62,583 nucleotides of DNA from an uncultured Thermoplasmatales archaeon. Lineage in GTDB: Archaea; Thermoplasmatota; E2; UBA202; JdFR-43. The DNA lies in NCBI GenBank assembly GCA_965563795.1, contig CBEXJS010000001.1, positions 1-62,583 on the forward strand, written 5' to 3'. Shown here piece by piece: positions 1-7,222 of this stretch; positions within the stretch are counted from its first letter, which is position 1; each line of letters starts with the position of its first letter. The notes under the pieces were generated by a model that ran no database searches, was not told where the DNA came from, and was given only the letters and a program-made list of their open reading frames with translations. A program made the translations under genes and the position numbers.

Positions 1-325
1 AAAAGGCTACATGACAAGCATGTGCAAGTTCTTTTGAAAGCTCATCATCAACAAATCCAGGATGAACGGCAATATATAATCTATTTTGTAAGTTTTTAAG
101 TGTTGGGAGCATTTCTTTTAAGCCAATTAATCTTCCTACTTTATCAAATCCCCCACTAATCAAAGATCCAATACCATTGTAATTTTTTGCAAATTTTACG
201 AGTTTCTCTCCTTCATCTATTGTTTTCATCTGTTTCAGATATTTTCCCATACAATGCTTGCAATTTAACTTACAAGTTGATATTGCTATAGGAATAAAAT
301 TTGGCTTCGGAAAATAAAAAATCAT
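1..325 (-). CDS. Radical SAM domain protein (partial; C-terminus lies beyond the window edge)
   Basis: Not in the ORF track because it runs off the window. The minus-strand ATG at 325-323 overlaps the guaAA stop (ATGA). It reads MIFYFPKPNFIPIAISTCKLNCKHCMGKY..., which contains a CX3CX2C radical-SAM cluster motif. Confidence 0.6.
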   Translation of the reverse strand, partial: MIFYFPKPNFIPIAISTCKLNCKHCMGKYLKQMKTIDEGEKLVKFAKNYNGIGSLISGGFDKVGRLIGLKEMLPTLKNLQNRLYIAVHPGFVDDELSKELAHACHVAF

Positions 326-879
326 CTTAATCCCAAGAAATTCATGAAAATTTCCTTTCCATATTGAGTATGCTCTACCTCTGGGTGAAATTGTAAGCCA
401 TACAATGGCTTATCTTTATGCTTCATTGCCTGCACTTTACAGTTGGCAGAAGAAGCAAGCAAAATAAAGTTTTCTGGAATCTTTGTCACTTCATCATTAT
501 GACTTTCCCACACTATAAATTTCTTTGGTAGACTTTTAAAAAGCACATTTTCTTCCAACACCTCAATTTCTACTTTCCCATATTCTGGCACTTTTGCAGG
601 TTTTACTTCCCCTCCAAAAAAACGAGCCATATATTGATGACCAGCACATATGCCTAAAATAGGCACTTCAGCATAAGCCAAATATTCATCGCAATTTCCA
701 AGCTTATCTTGCAACCCAATTCTCGGCGCTCCACCAGACAGCACTAATGCATCCGCATCTTTTAATTTTTCTAAAGGGGTTGTGTTTGGGACTATCTCTG
801 CATCAACACCAATATAGCGGAGCATCCTCCATTCTCTATGAGTCCATTGCCCTCCATTATCTATGACATATACTTTCAT
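322..879 (-). CDS. guaAA: GMP synthase (glutamine-hydrolysing) subunit A, glutamine amidotransferase
   Basis: Class-I GATase motifs GICAGHQ and HPE are present. The track ORF starts at a TTG (900) that lies inside a TATA-like box (minus-strand tttttatat, 900-908). The ATG at 879 gives MKVYVIDNGGQW and sits about 21 nt downstream of that box. Confidence 0.85.
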   Translation of the reverse strand: MKVYVIDNGGQWTHREWRMLRYIGVDAEIVPNTTPLEKLKDADALVLSGGAPRIGLQDKLGNCDEYLAYAEVPILGICAGHQYMARFFGGEVKPAKVPEYGKVEIEVLEENVLFKSLPKKFIVWESHNDEVTKIPENFILLASSANCKVQAMKHKDKPLYGLQFHPEVEHTQYGKEIFMNFLGLR

Positions 880-1142
880 TATAAGAAAAACTGCAGACAA
901 TATAAAAATTTCATATTGGAATAGTTAGATGTTACATCCTATTTCATTAATTTTTATTGTTCTCATCGAACAAAATTGTTCATGTGGAGCAAAGTTTTTA
1001 AAGGAATAGGCAATATATTGACGCATGAGAAATTCTACAGAAGAGTGGGAAGAAAAAGGAAGGTTTGCAAATCTTATAATTCTCGGGTGCGGAAATAAGA
1101 GAAGATTGGTAGATAGAAAAGGAAGGCTTATTTTGGAATATA

Positions 1143-1477
1143 TTATGGATTAATTTTTAGATGATCTATTTCAGAGATAAATGATTTTATATCAATTAGA
1201 GGGGTTTTATCAATCACATCTATATTTTCAACAATCCTATTTGATTCGGTCTCCTCAGACTCCTTGTAGCAAATACACTTTTTCCATTGACAAGCAATTC
1301 ATATTCTTTAGACAGATGAAAGTAATAAGAAGTATAATATGCCTTCTCTACACTCTTCAAAAATCTAAACAATTCTTTCTGTATTAGAATAAATTGTTTA
1401 AAAGGGTATGAATTATGGCTATTCGTTTGAAGAACATAAAAAGAGGGAGCGAGGCTTAAAAATTTAAAAATTACCAA
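1143..1477 (-). pseudogene. Decayed TrmO/TsaA-like tRNA methyltransferase remnant (frameshift plus internal deletion, N-terminus missing)
   Basis: One minus-strand frame reads ...KSVFATRSLRRPNQIGLLKI then a stop at 1220. A second frame continues VENIDVIDKTPLIDIKSFISEIDHLKINP to a stop at 1145-1143. FATRSxxRPNxIG and DxxDxTPxxDIK are TrmO (UPF0066) signature motifs and are normally about 20 aa further apart. The upstream part overlaps the 3' end of the next gene. Confidence 0.5.
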
Positions 1478-2099
1478 AAATAATTTTTTTAGCCCATTCT
1501 AACTTTTTTTTCTTTGCCTCTAAATCTTTTCTTTCTTTTTGTTTTGGTTTATCAAAATTGAAACCAATTAGCTTTATTTTTTTTGCATTAAAATGTTTTG
1601 CAATGCAATAAGCTCTATCTCCATCTGTAAATCCTCCAAAATTGTATATTCCATTAAAGGGTTCTGCTTGCGTTGTAAGCATAATTTTTCCTTTAAAGCA
1701 GGAAAGATATTTTTTTAATGCATTAATATTGTCTCCATGTGCATGTATTATAACTATACTTCCTTTTTCATTTGCTTTTATAATATCATTAACATTTCCA
1801 TCTAAATCAGTTGTTATAATATCTGGCAAAATGTTATTGGAAAGTAAAATTGTTGTAGCCTCATCTGCTGCAATAATAATACCTTCTATTTCATTCAATT
1901 CTTTTTCTAAATTTTCTCCAGCTCCACATATGCTAACAACTTTTCCATTCAACATTTTTCCTAAATCCTCTGGCAAAACATTACCTTTTGCAATTTTAAC
2001 AGCTATTCTGGCTGCTTCCTCATCTTTCTTTCTGTCATATCCAAATTCTTGCAATATTTTTTCATAAATAGGCTTCCATTCTTGCCAGTTCATTCCCAT
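1464..2099 (-). CDS. MptE-like 6-hydroxymethyl-7,8-dihydropterin pyrophosphokinase (DUF115 family)
   Basis: The 211-aa ORF resembles archaeal DUF115/MptE proteins ([10 protein letters not shown] ... TTDLDG ... HAHGDN). Its ATG overlaps the guaAB stop. Confidence 0.55.
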   Translation of the reverse strand: MGMNWQEWKPIYEKILQEFGYDRKKDEEAARIAVKIAKGNVLPEDLGKMLNGKVVSICGAGENLEKELNEIEGIIIAADEATTILLSNNILPDIITTDLDGNVNDIIKANEKGSIVIIHAHGDNINALKKYLSCFKGKIMLTTQAEPFNGIYNFGGFTDGDRAYCIAKHFNAKKIKLIGFNFDKPKQKERKDLEAKKKKLEWAKKIIFGNF

Positions 2100-3034
2100 T
2101 CTATAGTGGCAGGAGGTTTATTAGAAATATCATAAACTACTCTATTCACTTCCTTAATTTCATTTGTTATACGGGTTGCAATTCTTTCCAATAAATCATG
2201 AGGAAGTTTTGAATAGGAGGCTGTCATTGCATCTACGCTATCAACGCATCTTATAGCTATCGTGTATCCATAAACTCTTATATCTCCTCTAACCCCTACA
2301 CTTCTTACTGGCAATAAAACAGCAAAATATTGCCATGGCTTCTCAATGATGCCTTTTTTATATGCTTCTTCAATTTCTTCCTCTACAATTGCACAAGCTT
2401 CTCTAACAATTTCTATCTTTTTCTCATCTACCTCGCCAATAACACGTACTGCTAATCCTGGTCCTGGAAACGGCTGTCTTTCTGCAACTTCCAAACCAAG
2501 ATATCTAGCTACTTGCCTTACTTCATCTTTATATAAATCCCGCAATGGCTCAACAACTTTAAGCTTCATATCTGGCGGTAATCCACCAACATTATGATGT
2601 GTTTTTATTGTATCCCTAAGCCCCCCTCCACTCTCAATCCAGTCTGGAGCTATTGTTCCCTGTATTAAATACTCTGCTTTTTTTCCTTTTGCAATCCTTT
2701 CAAAAACTCTTACAAATTTTTCTCCTATTATTTTTCTTTTCTCCTCTGGATCACTTACCCCTTTCAAAGCATTTAAAAACTCTTCCTTTGCATCAGCATA
2801 TACAAAATCTAAGTCCATTTTTTCAAATAATCTTTTTACAAATTCTCCTTCCCCTTTCCTCATTAAACCAGTATCAACATATACTGCAGTCAAATTCTTT
2901 CCCAAAGCCATGCTTCCCAATTTTGCAGCTACAGTTGAATCTACTCCCCCAGATACAGCAATAATTGCTTTTCCTTTAACTTCCTTTTTTAAATTTTCAA
3001 CAGCTTCCTTAACAAATTTTTCCGCATCAAACAT
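2090..3034 (-). CDS. guaAB: GMP synthase subunit B (ATP pyrophosphatase)
   Basis: The PP-loop SGGVDSTV is present, with a conserved C-terminal dimerisation region ending PPATIEWE. Length is 314 aa. Confidence 0.9.
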   Translation of the reverse strand: MFDAEKFVKEAVENLKKEVKGKAIIAVSGGVDSTVAAKLGSMALGKNLTAVYVDTGLMRKGEGEFVKRLFEKMDLDFVYADAKEEFLNALKGVSDPEEKRKIIGEKFVRVFERIAKGKKAEYLIQGTIAPDWIESGGGLRDTIKTHHNVGGLPPDMKLKVVEPLRDLYKDEVRQVARYLGLEVAERQPFPGPGLAVRVIGEVDEKKIEIVREACAIVEEEIEEAYKKGIIEKPWQYFAVLLPVRSVGVRGDIRVYGYTIAIRCVDSVDAMTASYSKLPHDLLERIATRITNEIKEVNRVVYDISNKPPATIEWE

Positions 3035-3464
3035 ATCTTTCCCTCATCTCCTGCCTATATTCTTCCAATTTTTTCTTCAATTCCTCATCTTTCAAAGCCA
3101 AAATTTCTATTGCAAGCAAAGCAGCATTGTCTCCTCTGTCAAGCCCAACAGCAGCCACAGGAATTCCCGGAGGCATCTGAACAATAGAAAGAATTGCATC
3201 TAAATTCAGTTTGCCTGAAACAGGCACACCTATAACTGGCTTTGTTGTATAAGCTGCCAAACTACCTGGCAAAGCTGCAGACAAACCAGCTATTGCAATA
3301 AATACATCTGCATCTTTGCTGGCTATTTCCTTTATTTTCTCTGGTGTTCTGTGGGCAGAGGCATAATAAACTTCATATTCCACACCAAATTTTTCAAAAA
3401 TATCTATGGCTTTTTTGCCTACAGCTTCATCACTTTTTGATGCCATTACAATTATTACTTTCAT
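3027..3464 (-). CDS. purE: N5-carboxyaminoimidazole ribonucleotide mutase / AIR carboxylase
   Basis: The 145-aa ORF reads [12 protein letters not shown] ... SAHRTP ... GLSAALPG, a typical PurE sequence. Confidence 0.9.
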   Translation of the reverse strand: MKVIIVMASKSDEAVGKKAIDIFEKFGVEYEVYYASAHRTPEKIKEIASKDADVFIAIAGLSAALPGSLAAYTTKPVIGVPVSGKLNLDAILSIVQMPPGIPVAAVGLDRGDNAALLAIEILALKDEELKKKLEEYRQEMRERYV

Positions 3465-3553
3465 GTTTATGAAGTCTCATAATAAATAAAAGCTTGTCGA
3501 TAATGAAATGCTTTTGTTTTGATTTTGCTCACCCACAACCTTACAAGATTTAA

Positions 3554-3691
3554 TCAACCAACACAACTTATCCTAAGTTCTCCTTCATACCCATCGTATA
3601 TCAGAGGATTCTGAGAGAATATTTCTCCATTCATTATATTCATTGTCTTCTCTGCTGCATAGGGAAATGTCCTCTGAAATCCAGCCATCAT
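3554..3691 (-). CDS. Possible small protein (45 aa), unknown function
   Basis: Below the ORF-track length cut-off. Its ATGATG starts 7 nt after the pckA-like stop. It reads MMAGFQRTFPYAAEKTMNIMNGEIFSQNPLIYDGYEGELRISCVG, with non-repetitive composition. I recognise no homolog. Confidence 0.25.
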   Translation of the reverse strand: MMAGFQRTFPYAAEKTMNIMNGEIFSQNPLIYDGYEGELRISCVG

Positions 3692-3698
3692 TGCAAAA

Positions 3699-5423
3699 CT
3701 ATTCATATTCTTCATAAAATTCTATTATTTCTTCTTCTGTTGGTATTTTGCATCTTTGCCATACATTTATTACATCTTTAAGCTCTTTTTCTTTTCTCTG
3801 TCCAGCGAATAAGTTTCTAAGGAATTCTGTCCTTTCTTCAATATCTCTCTTTATAAAGGCGATAATTTCTTCTGGAGAATAATATCTTAATAAATTGAAT
3901 CTCTTGCCAAAATTTTTCATTCCATGCTTTTCTTCAAGCTCTTTAGGATGAGGAATTAAGTAACCAAATGCTGGATGGCGGAGCCATTTCTTTATTTTTC
4001 TCTTCTCCACCAGATATATTAGCTTTTTTGAATCCTCCACCTTTATTTTTTCTCCTTTGCCTGTAGCATTTCCATTTAAATCATGTTCTCCAACGTAGCC
4101 TGTATTTACAACGAAAAACACTAGCTTTCCATCTAAATCTAGCCCTAAATCTTCATATGCTTTAAGCTTCAAAAATGCCTGCTCTGCCTGCTCCCTAGCC
4201 ATAAAATCTGTTGCTGAATATACTCTCACTCTCTGCCCAACTACTCTTCCTTCTATAGCAGAAGTTATTACACTCTCGCAAGCAGAATCTAAAGCAACAG
4301 CCATATTTGCATCTGTTATCCTTATTATTGGTTCTAGAATGTCAAATCTTCTAAAACTCAATCCTTCTGCCTCCAAATATTTTTCTCTTCCCCAGTTTTT
4401 ATTTAAATCACTGAATTTAAAAATAAATCTTCCATTTGTTGTTTTGCTTTCTTCATAACAATTGCATTTTAAGCATCCTACTTTACCAACTGCAACAGGA
4501 ACAATAACATTATATCCTTTTATTCTCTTTTCCACATATTTTACCCCTTCACAATCAATATTTAAAGCCAATACAATTGCTCCTTCCCTGGATTTCATCA
4601 ATCCTTTCCATTCTGGGCTTTTTTCATTTAACCCTTCTGATTTTGCAAAACTCCCTGCTTCAAGTCCTATTAATTTTATTTTTGTTATCTTACCATTCTC
4701 ATAAATTGGCATTCCAACTAAGGCATCGTCTTGCTCTATATTTTCACCTACAGTCAAAGTTGTTTTTCCTGTTCCGCTCAAGCCTTTTAGAATTCTTCCG
4801 TTGCAACAACCAGCATGATATGATATTAAGCCATCTTCCTCAGCTTTATTCCATACCATAGTCAAATTTGGTTTTTTGAAAGCACCTCCAAAGTAGTCAA
4901 TATTTAGATTCAAAACCTTTCTTACATCTTTATCAATTTCTGTAAAATCAAACAGGGTTAATGGCTCATTGTTATAATCCCAAAATTCTTTTACTTCTTG
5001 AATAAATTCTTCTGGCAATCCTTCTGGAATAATATAATTTATGCAAGATATTCTAATATTTTCTGGAGGGAAAATCATCAATTTCCCCATCCATGAAATG
5101 TATGCTGAATGGGGATTTTCAATGCTTGTTATAACTTTTATGCCAACTTTATATCCATTTTCACCTTGCACCCCTTCCTGTATAATTTTGTCTGCTCTCC
5201 TTAAATACTTTTCAGCAATCTCAAATAAGTGTTTTCCAATCTCGACATCAAAATATCTCTGTCCTTTACCAAGTTTATAGTCAGGAGGTACCATATAAAA
5301 AACTCTGTCTGGGCGCCTTCCTTTTTGGCGGGAGGCAAAAAGGTACTGGCCATCTTTAGTTACAACATAATAAGGCTTAAGGAATTCCTTAAAGAATTCA
5401 TCGCTTGGGTTGTAAATTTGCAT
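3699..5423 (-). CDS. pckA: Phosphoenolpyruvate carboxykinase (ATP)-type, divergent
   Basis: Carries the kinase-1a motif GLSGTGKTTL, TTNGRF (cf. TENTR) and VVNTGYVG ... KIKVEDSKKLI (cf. NTGWNG..RISIKDTRAII of ATP-PEPCK). Length is 574 aa. Confidence 0.6.
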   Translation of the reverse strand: MQIYNPSDEFFKEFLKPYYVVTKDGQYLFASRQKGRRPDRVFYMVPPDYKLGKGQRYFDVEIGKHLFEIAEKYLRRADKIIQEGVQGENGYKVGIKVITSIENPHSAYISWMGKLMIFPPENIRISCINYIIPEGLPEEFIQEVKEFWDYNNEPLTLFDFTEIDKDVRKVLNLNIDYFGGAFKKPNLTMVWNKAEEDGLISYHAGCCNGRILKGLSGTGKTTLTVGENIEQDDALVGMPIYENGKITKIKLIGLEAGSFAKSEGLNEKSPEWKGLMKSREGAIVLALNIDCEGVKYVEKRIKGYNVIVPVAVGKVGCLKCNCYEESKTTNGRFIFKFSDLNKNWGREKYLEAEGLSFRRFDILEPIIRITDANMAVALDSACESVITSAIEGRVVGQRVRVYSATDFMAREQAEQAFLKLKAYEDLGLDLDGKLVFFVVNTGYVGEHDLNGNATGKGEKIKVEDSKKLIYLVEKRKIKKWLRHPAFGYLIPHPKELEEKHGMKNFGKRFNLLRYYSPEEIIAFIKRDIEERTEFLRNLFAGQRKEKELKDVINVWQRCKIPTEEEIIEFYEEYE

Positions 5424-5438
5424 AGAGTAATAACTGCA

Positions 5439-6359
5439 CTATATACAATATTTTCCCGGTATTTTTGGGAAGAGAGTTGTATATCTTATGTCTTCAAATC
5501 CACAAATATATCTTATTAGCCTCTCTATACCTATACCAAATCCTGCAGATGGGTAAAATTTTGCTATTCTAGCAATTTGCAAATAAGCATAGAAAGCTTG
5601 CAAATTCATGCTCTTTTCTTCCATTCTCCTAACTATTCTTTCATATTCATATTCTCTCTCGCCTCCAGACAAAGCCTCCCCAAATCCCTCTGGATAAATT
5701 AAATCCATATCAACTAACCATCCTTTTCTATCTTCATATTCCTTATCATAAAATTCTCTCTTCCATTTTGGGAAATCTATAATCCAAAATGGCTCTTTCT
5801 CTTCTTTGGATAGCATCTCCTCATAATCTTTGCCATATTTATTATAAGCTTCTTCGAAACTTATTCTTTTGAATGGCTTTGATGGAATTTTTATTTCTCT
5901 TCCCAAAATCTCAAGCTCTTCTTTGCATTCCTCCCTCAATTTTTTAAATAAATGGATTAACATATCTTCTGCTAACTCCATAACATCTTCTCTACTTGCA
6001 TTTCTTACTTCTAAATCAAGCTGTGTAAATTCTGCTAAATGTCTCCCTGTTTTTTCTAAATCTTTTAGCTCAAGCCTTATGTTGGGAGAAAAGCAAAAAA
6101 TTTTTTCTAATGATAGCAAAGCCAACTGCTTATGAAAAATCATGCTTTTAGTCAGATAATATTTATTTCCATAGTAATTTATCTCTCCATCAAAAACAGG
6201 ATGAGCCAATGGATCTGTTATAGGAGAAATGATAACAGGAGCTATTTCCACAAATCCTCTTTCCAGCAAGAAATCACTTAATATCTTCCTAACTTTGCTT
6301 CCAATTTTTACAGCTATCTTCGCCCTCTCATCAACTTGAAAATATATTTCTTCCAGCAT
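5439..6359 (-). CDS. Class-II aaRS catalytic-core paralog without anticodon-binding domain: archaeal AsnA-type asparagine synthetase (AsnRS/AspRS-like)
   Basis: The 306-aa ORF carries class II motif 2 (GRHLAEFTQLDLE) and motif 3 (GFGIGIERL) but has no N-terminal OB domain. A divergent Lrp/AsnC gene lies next to it. Confidence 0.6.
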   Translation of the reverse strand: MLEEIYFQVDERAKIAVKIGSKVRKILSDFLLERGFVEIAPVIISPITDPLAHPVFDGEINYYGNKYYLTKSMIFHKQLALLSLEKIFCFSPNIRLELKDLEKTGRHLAEFTQLDLEVRNASREDVMELAEDMLIHLFKKLREECKEELEILGREIKIPSKPFKRISFEEAYNKYGKDYEEMLSKEEKEPFWIIDFPKWKREFYDKEYEDRKGWLVDMDLIYPEGFGEALSGGEREYEYERIVRRMEEKSMNLQAFYAYLQIARIAKFYPSAGFGIGIERLIRYICGFEDIRYTTLFPKIPGKYCI

Positions 6360-6431
6360 AATTCTGATTTTATTTGATATATTTATTCATTTTGATGGGA
6401 ATTTTGTAAATTTGTCAAAAAAATAACAAAA

Positions 6432-6458
6432 TTTATATAAAAATTTGTCATTTTGACA
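6432..6458 (+). promoter_or_regulatory. lrp promoter: TATA box (tttatata, 6432-6439) followed by a perfect 13-bp palindrome TGTCA-TTT-TGACA (6446-6458) that abuts the ATG
   Basis: Read directly from the sequence. A further TGTCA half-site lies at 6413-6417. The TATA-to-ATG spacing of about 20 nt implies a leaderless mRNA with the palindrome over the transcription start. Confidence 0.5.
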
Positions 6459-6459
6459 T

Positions 6460-6900
6460 ATGGATGAAAAGGATTTTGCAATTTTAGAAAAACTTATGGA
6501 AAATGCGAGAAAGCCAGTTAAAGAAATTGCAAAAGAAGTTAAGCTTCCAAGAACAACAGTAGCAGAGAGAATTAAAAAGTTAGTTAATAAAGGCATAATT
6601 AGGAAATTTACCACTATCCTAAATTATGAAAAAATTGGAATGCCAATAACAGCTTTTATCCTCGTTTCCTTTATACCCAATCCAGATATATCACAAAGAG
6701 AGTTAGCAAGAGAAATTTCAAAAATAGAAAATGTTAGGGAAGTCTATATCATTGCAGGAGAATGGGATTTATTGCTTAAAGTTAGAGGAAAGGATATGGA
6801 AGAAATAGGAAAACTTGTATTAGATAAACTTAGAGGTATGAAAGGTGTTGGCAAAACAATAACTTGCACTTGCTTTAGTGTCATAAAAGAAGAAATGTGA
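6460..6900 (+). CDS. Lrp/AsnC family transcriptional regulator
   Basis: The 146-aa ORF has an N-terminal HTH (DEKDFAILEKLMENARKPVKEIAKEVKLPRTTVAERIKKL) and a C-terminal RAM/AsnC domain. Confidence 0.9.
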   Translation: MDEKDFAILEKLMENARKPVKEIAKEVKLPRTTVAERIKKLVNKGIIRKFTTILNYEKIGMPITAFILVSFIPNPDISQRELAREISKIENVREVYIIAGEWDLLLKVRGKDMEEIGKLVLDKLRGMKGVGKTITCTCFSVIKEEM

Positions 6901-6986
6901 GATTATTAATGAAAGGAGTGTTGGCAGATTGCTTATAAATAGCCACCATGGAAAAATATGAAAAATAAGGGGTTGATGAAAAATTA

Positions 6987-7164
6987 AAATGAAATGAATG
7001 TTGTTATGGCATATTTTCTCATGTGATAACAGCCAATGGCAATAATTCATTCATTCAACACACCCGGAAAATAATTTGTTATTGGCTTTACATCATAAGA
7101 GAATTATCCTGCAACATCTTATTGCATGGAAGAAATTTACTATGGCAACATTCAATTTCATTTT
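6987..7164. repeat. Inverted pair of the intergenic palindromic repeat family (about 178 bp, MITE/REP-like)
   Basis: The left unit is 6987-7038 (aaaatgaaatgaatgttgttatggcatattttctcatgtgataacagccaatg). The right unit is 7119-7164 (ttattgcatggaagaaatttactatggcaacattcaatttcatttt). The ends are mutually reverse-complementary. A weaker extra unit lies at 6908-6950. Confidence 0.7.
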
Positions 7165-7222
7165 CAACAGTCTCAAATTGGTATTGCAACAAAAAATATA
7201 ATTAGATACTGCTTTTTCTTTC

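Noticed and set aside
1181-1387. Track ORF 1181..1387 (+), 68 aa
   Set aside because: It is low-complexity, lies antisense to the TrmO-like remnant, and has no recognisable features.
6387-7205. Track ORFs 6387..6614 (-), 6820..7050 (-) and 7023..7205 (+)
   Set aside because: The first two are antisense shadows of the lrp gene or its spacer. The last lies within the repeat element. None looks protein-like.
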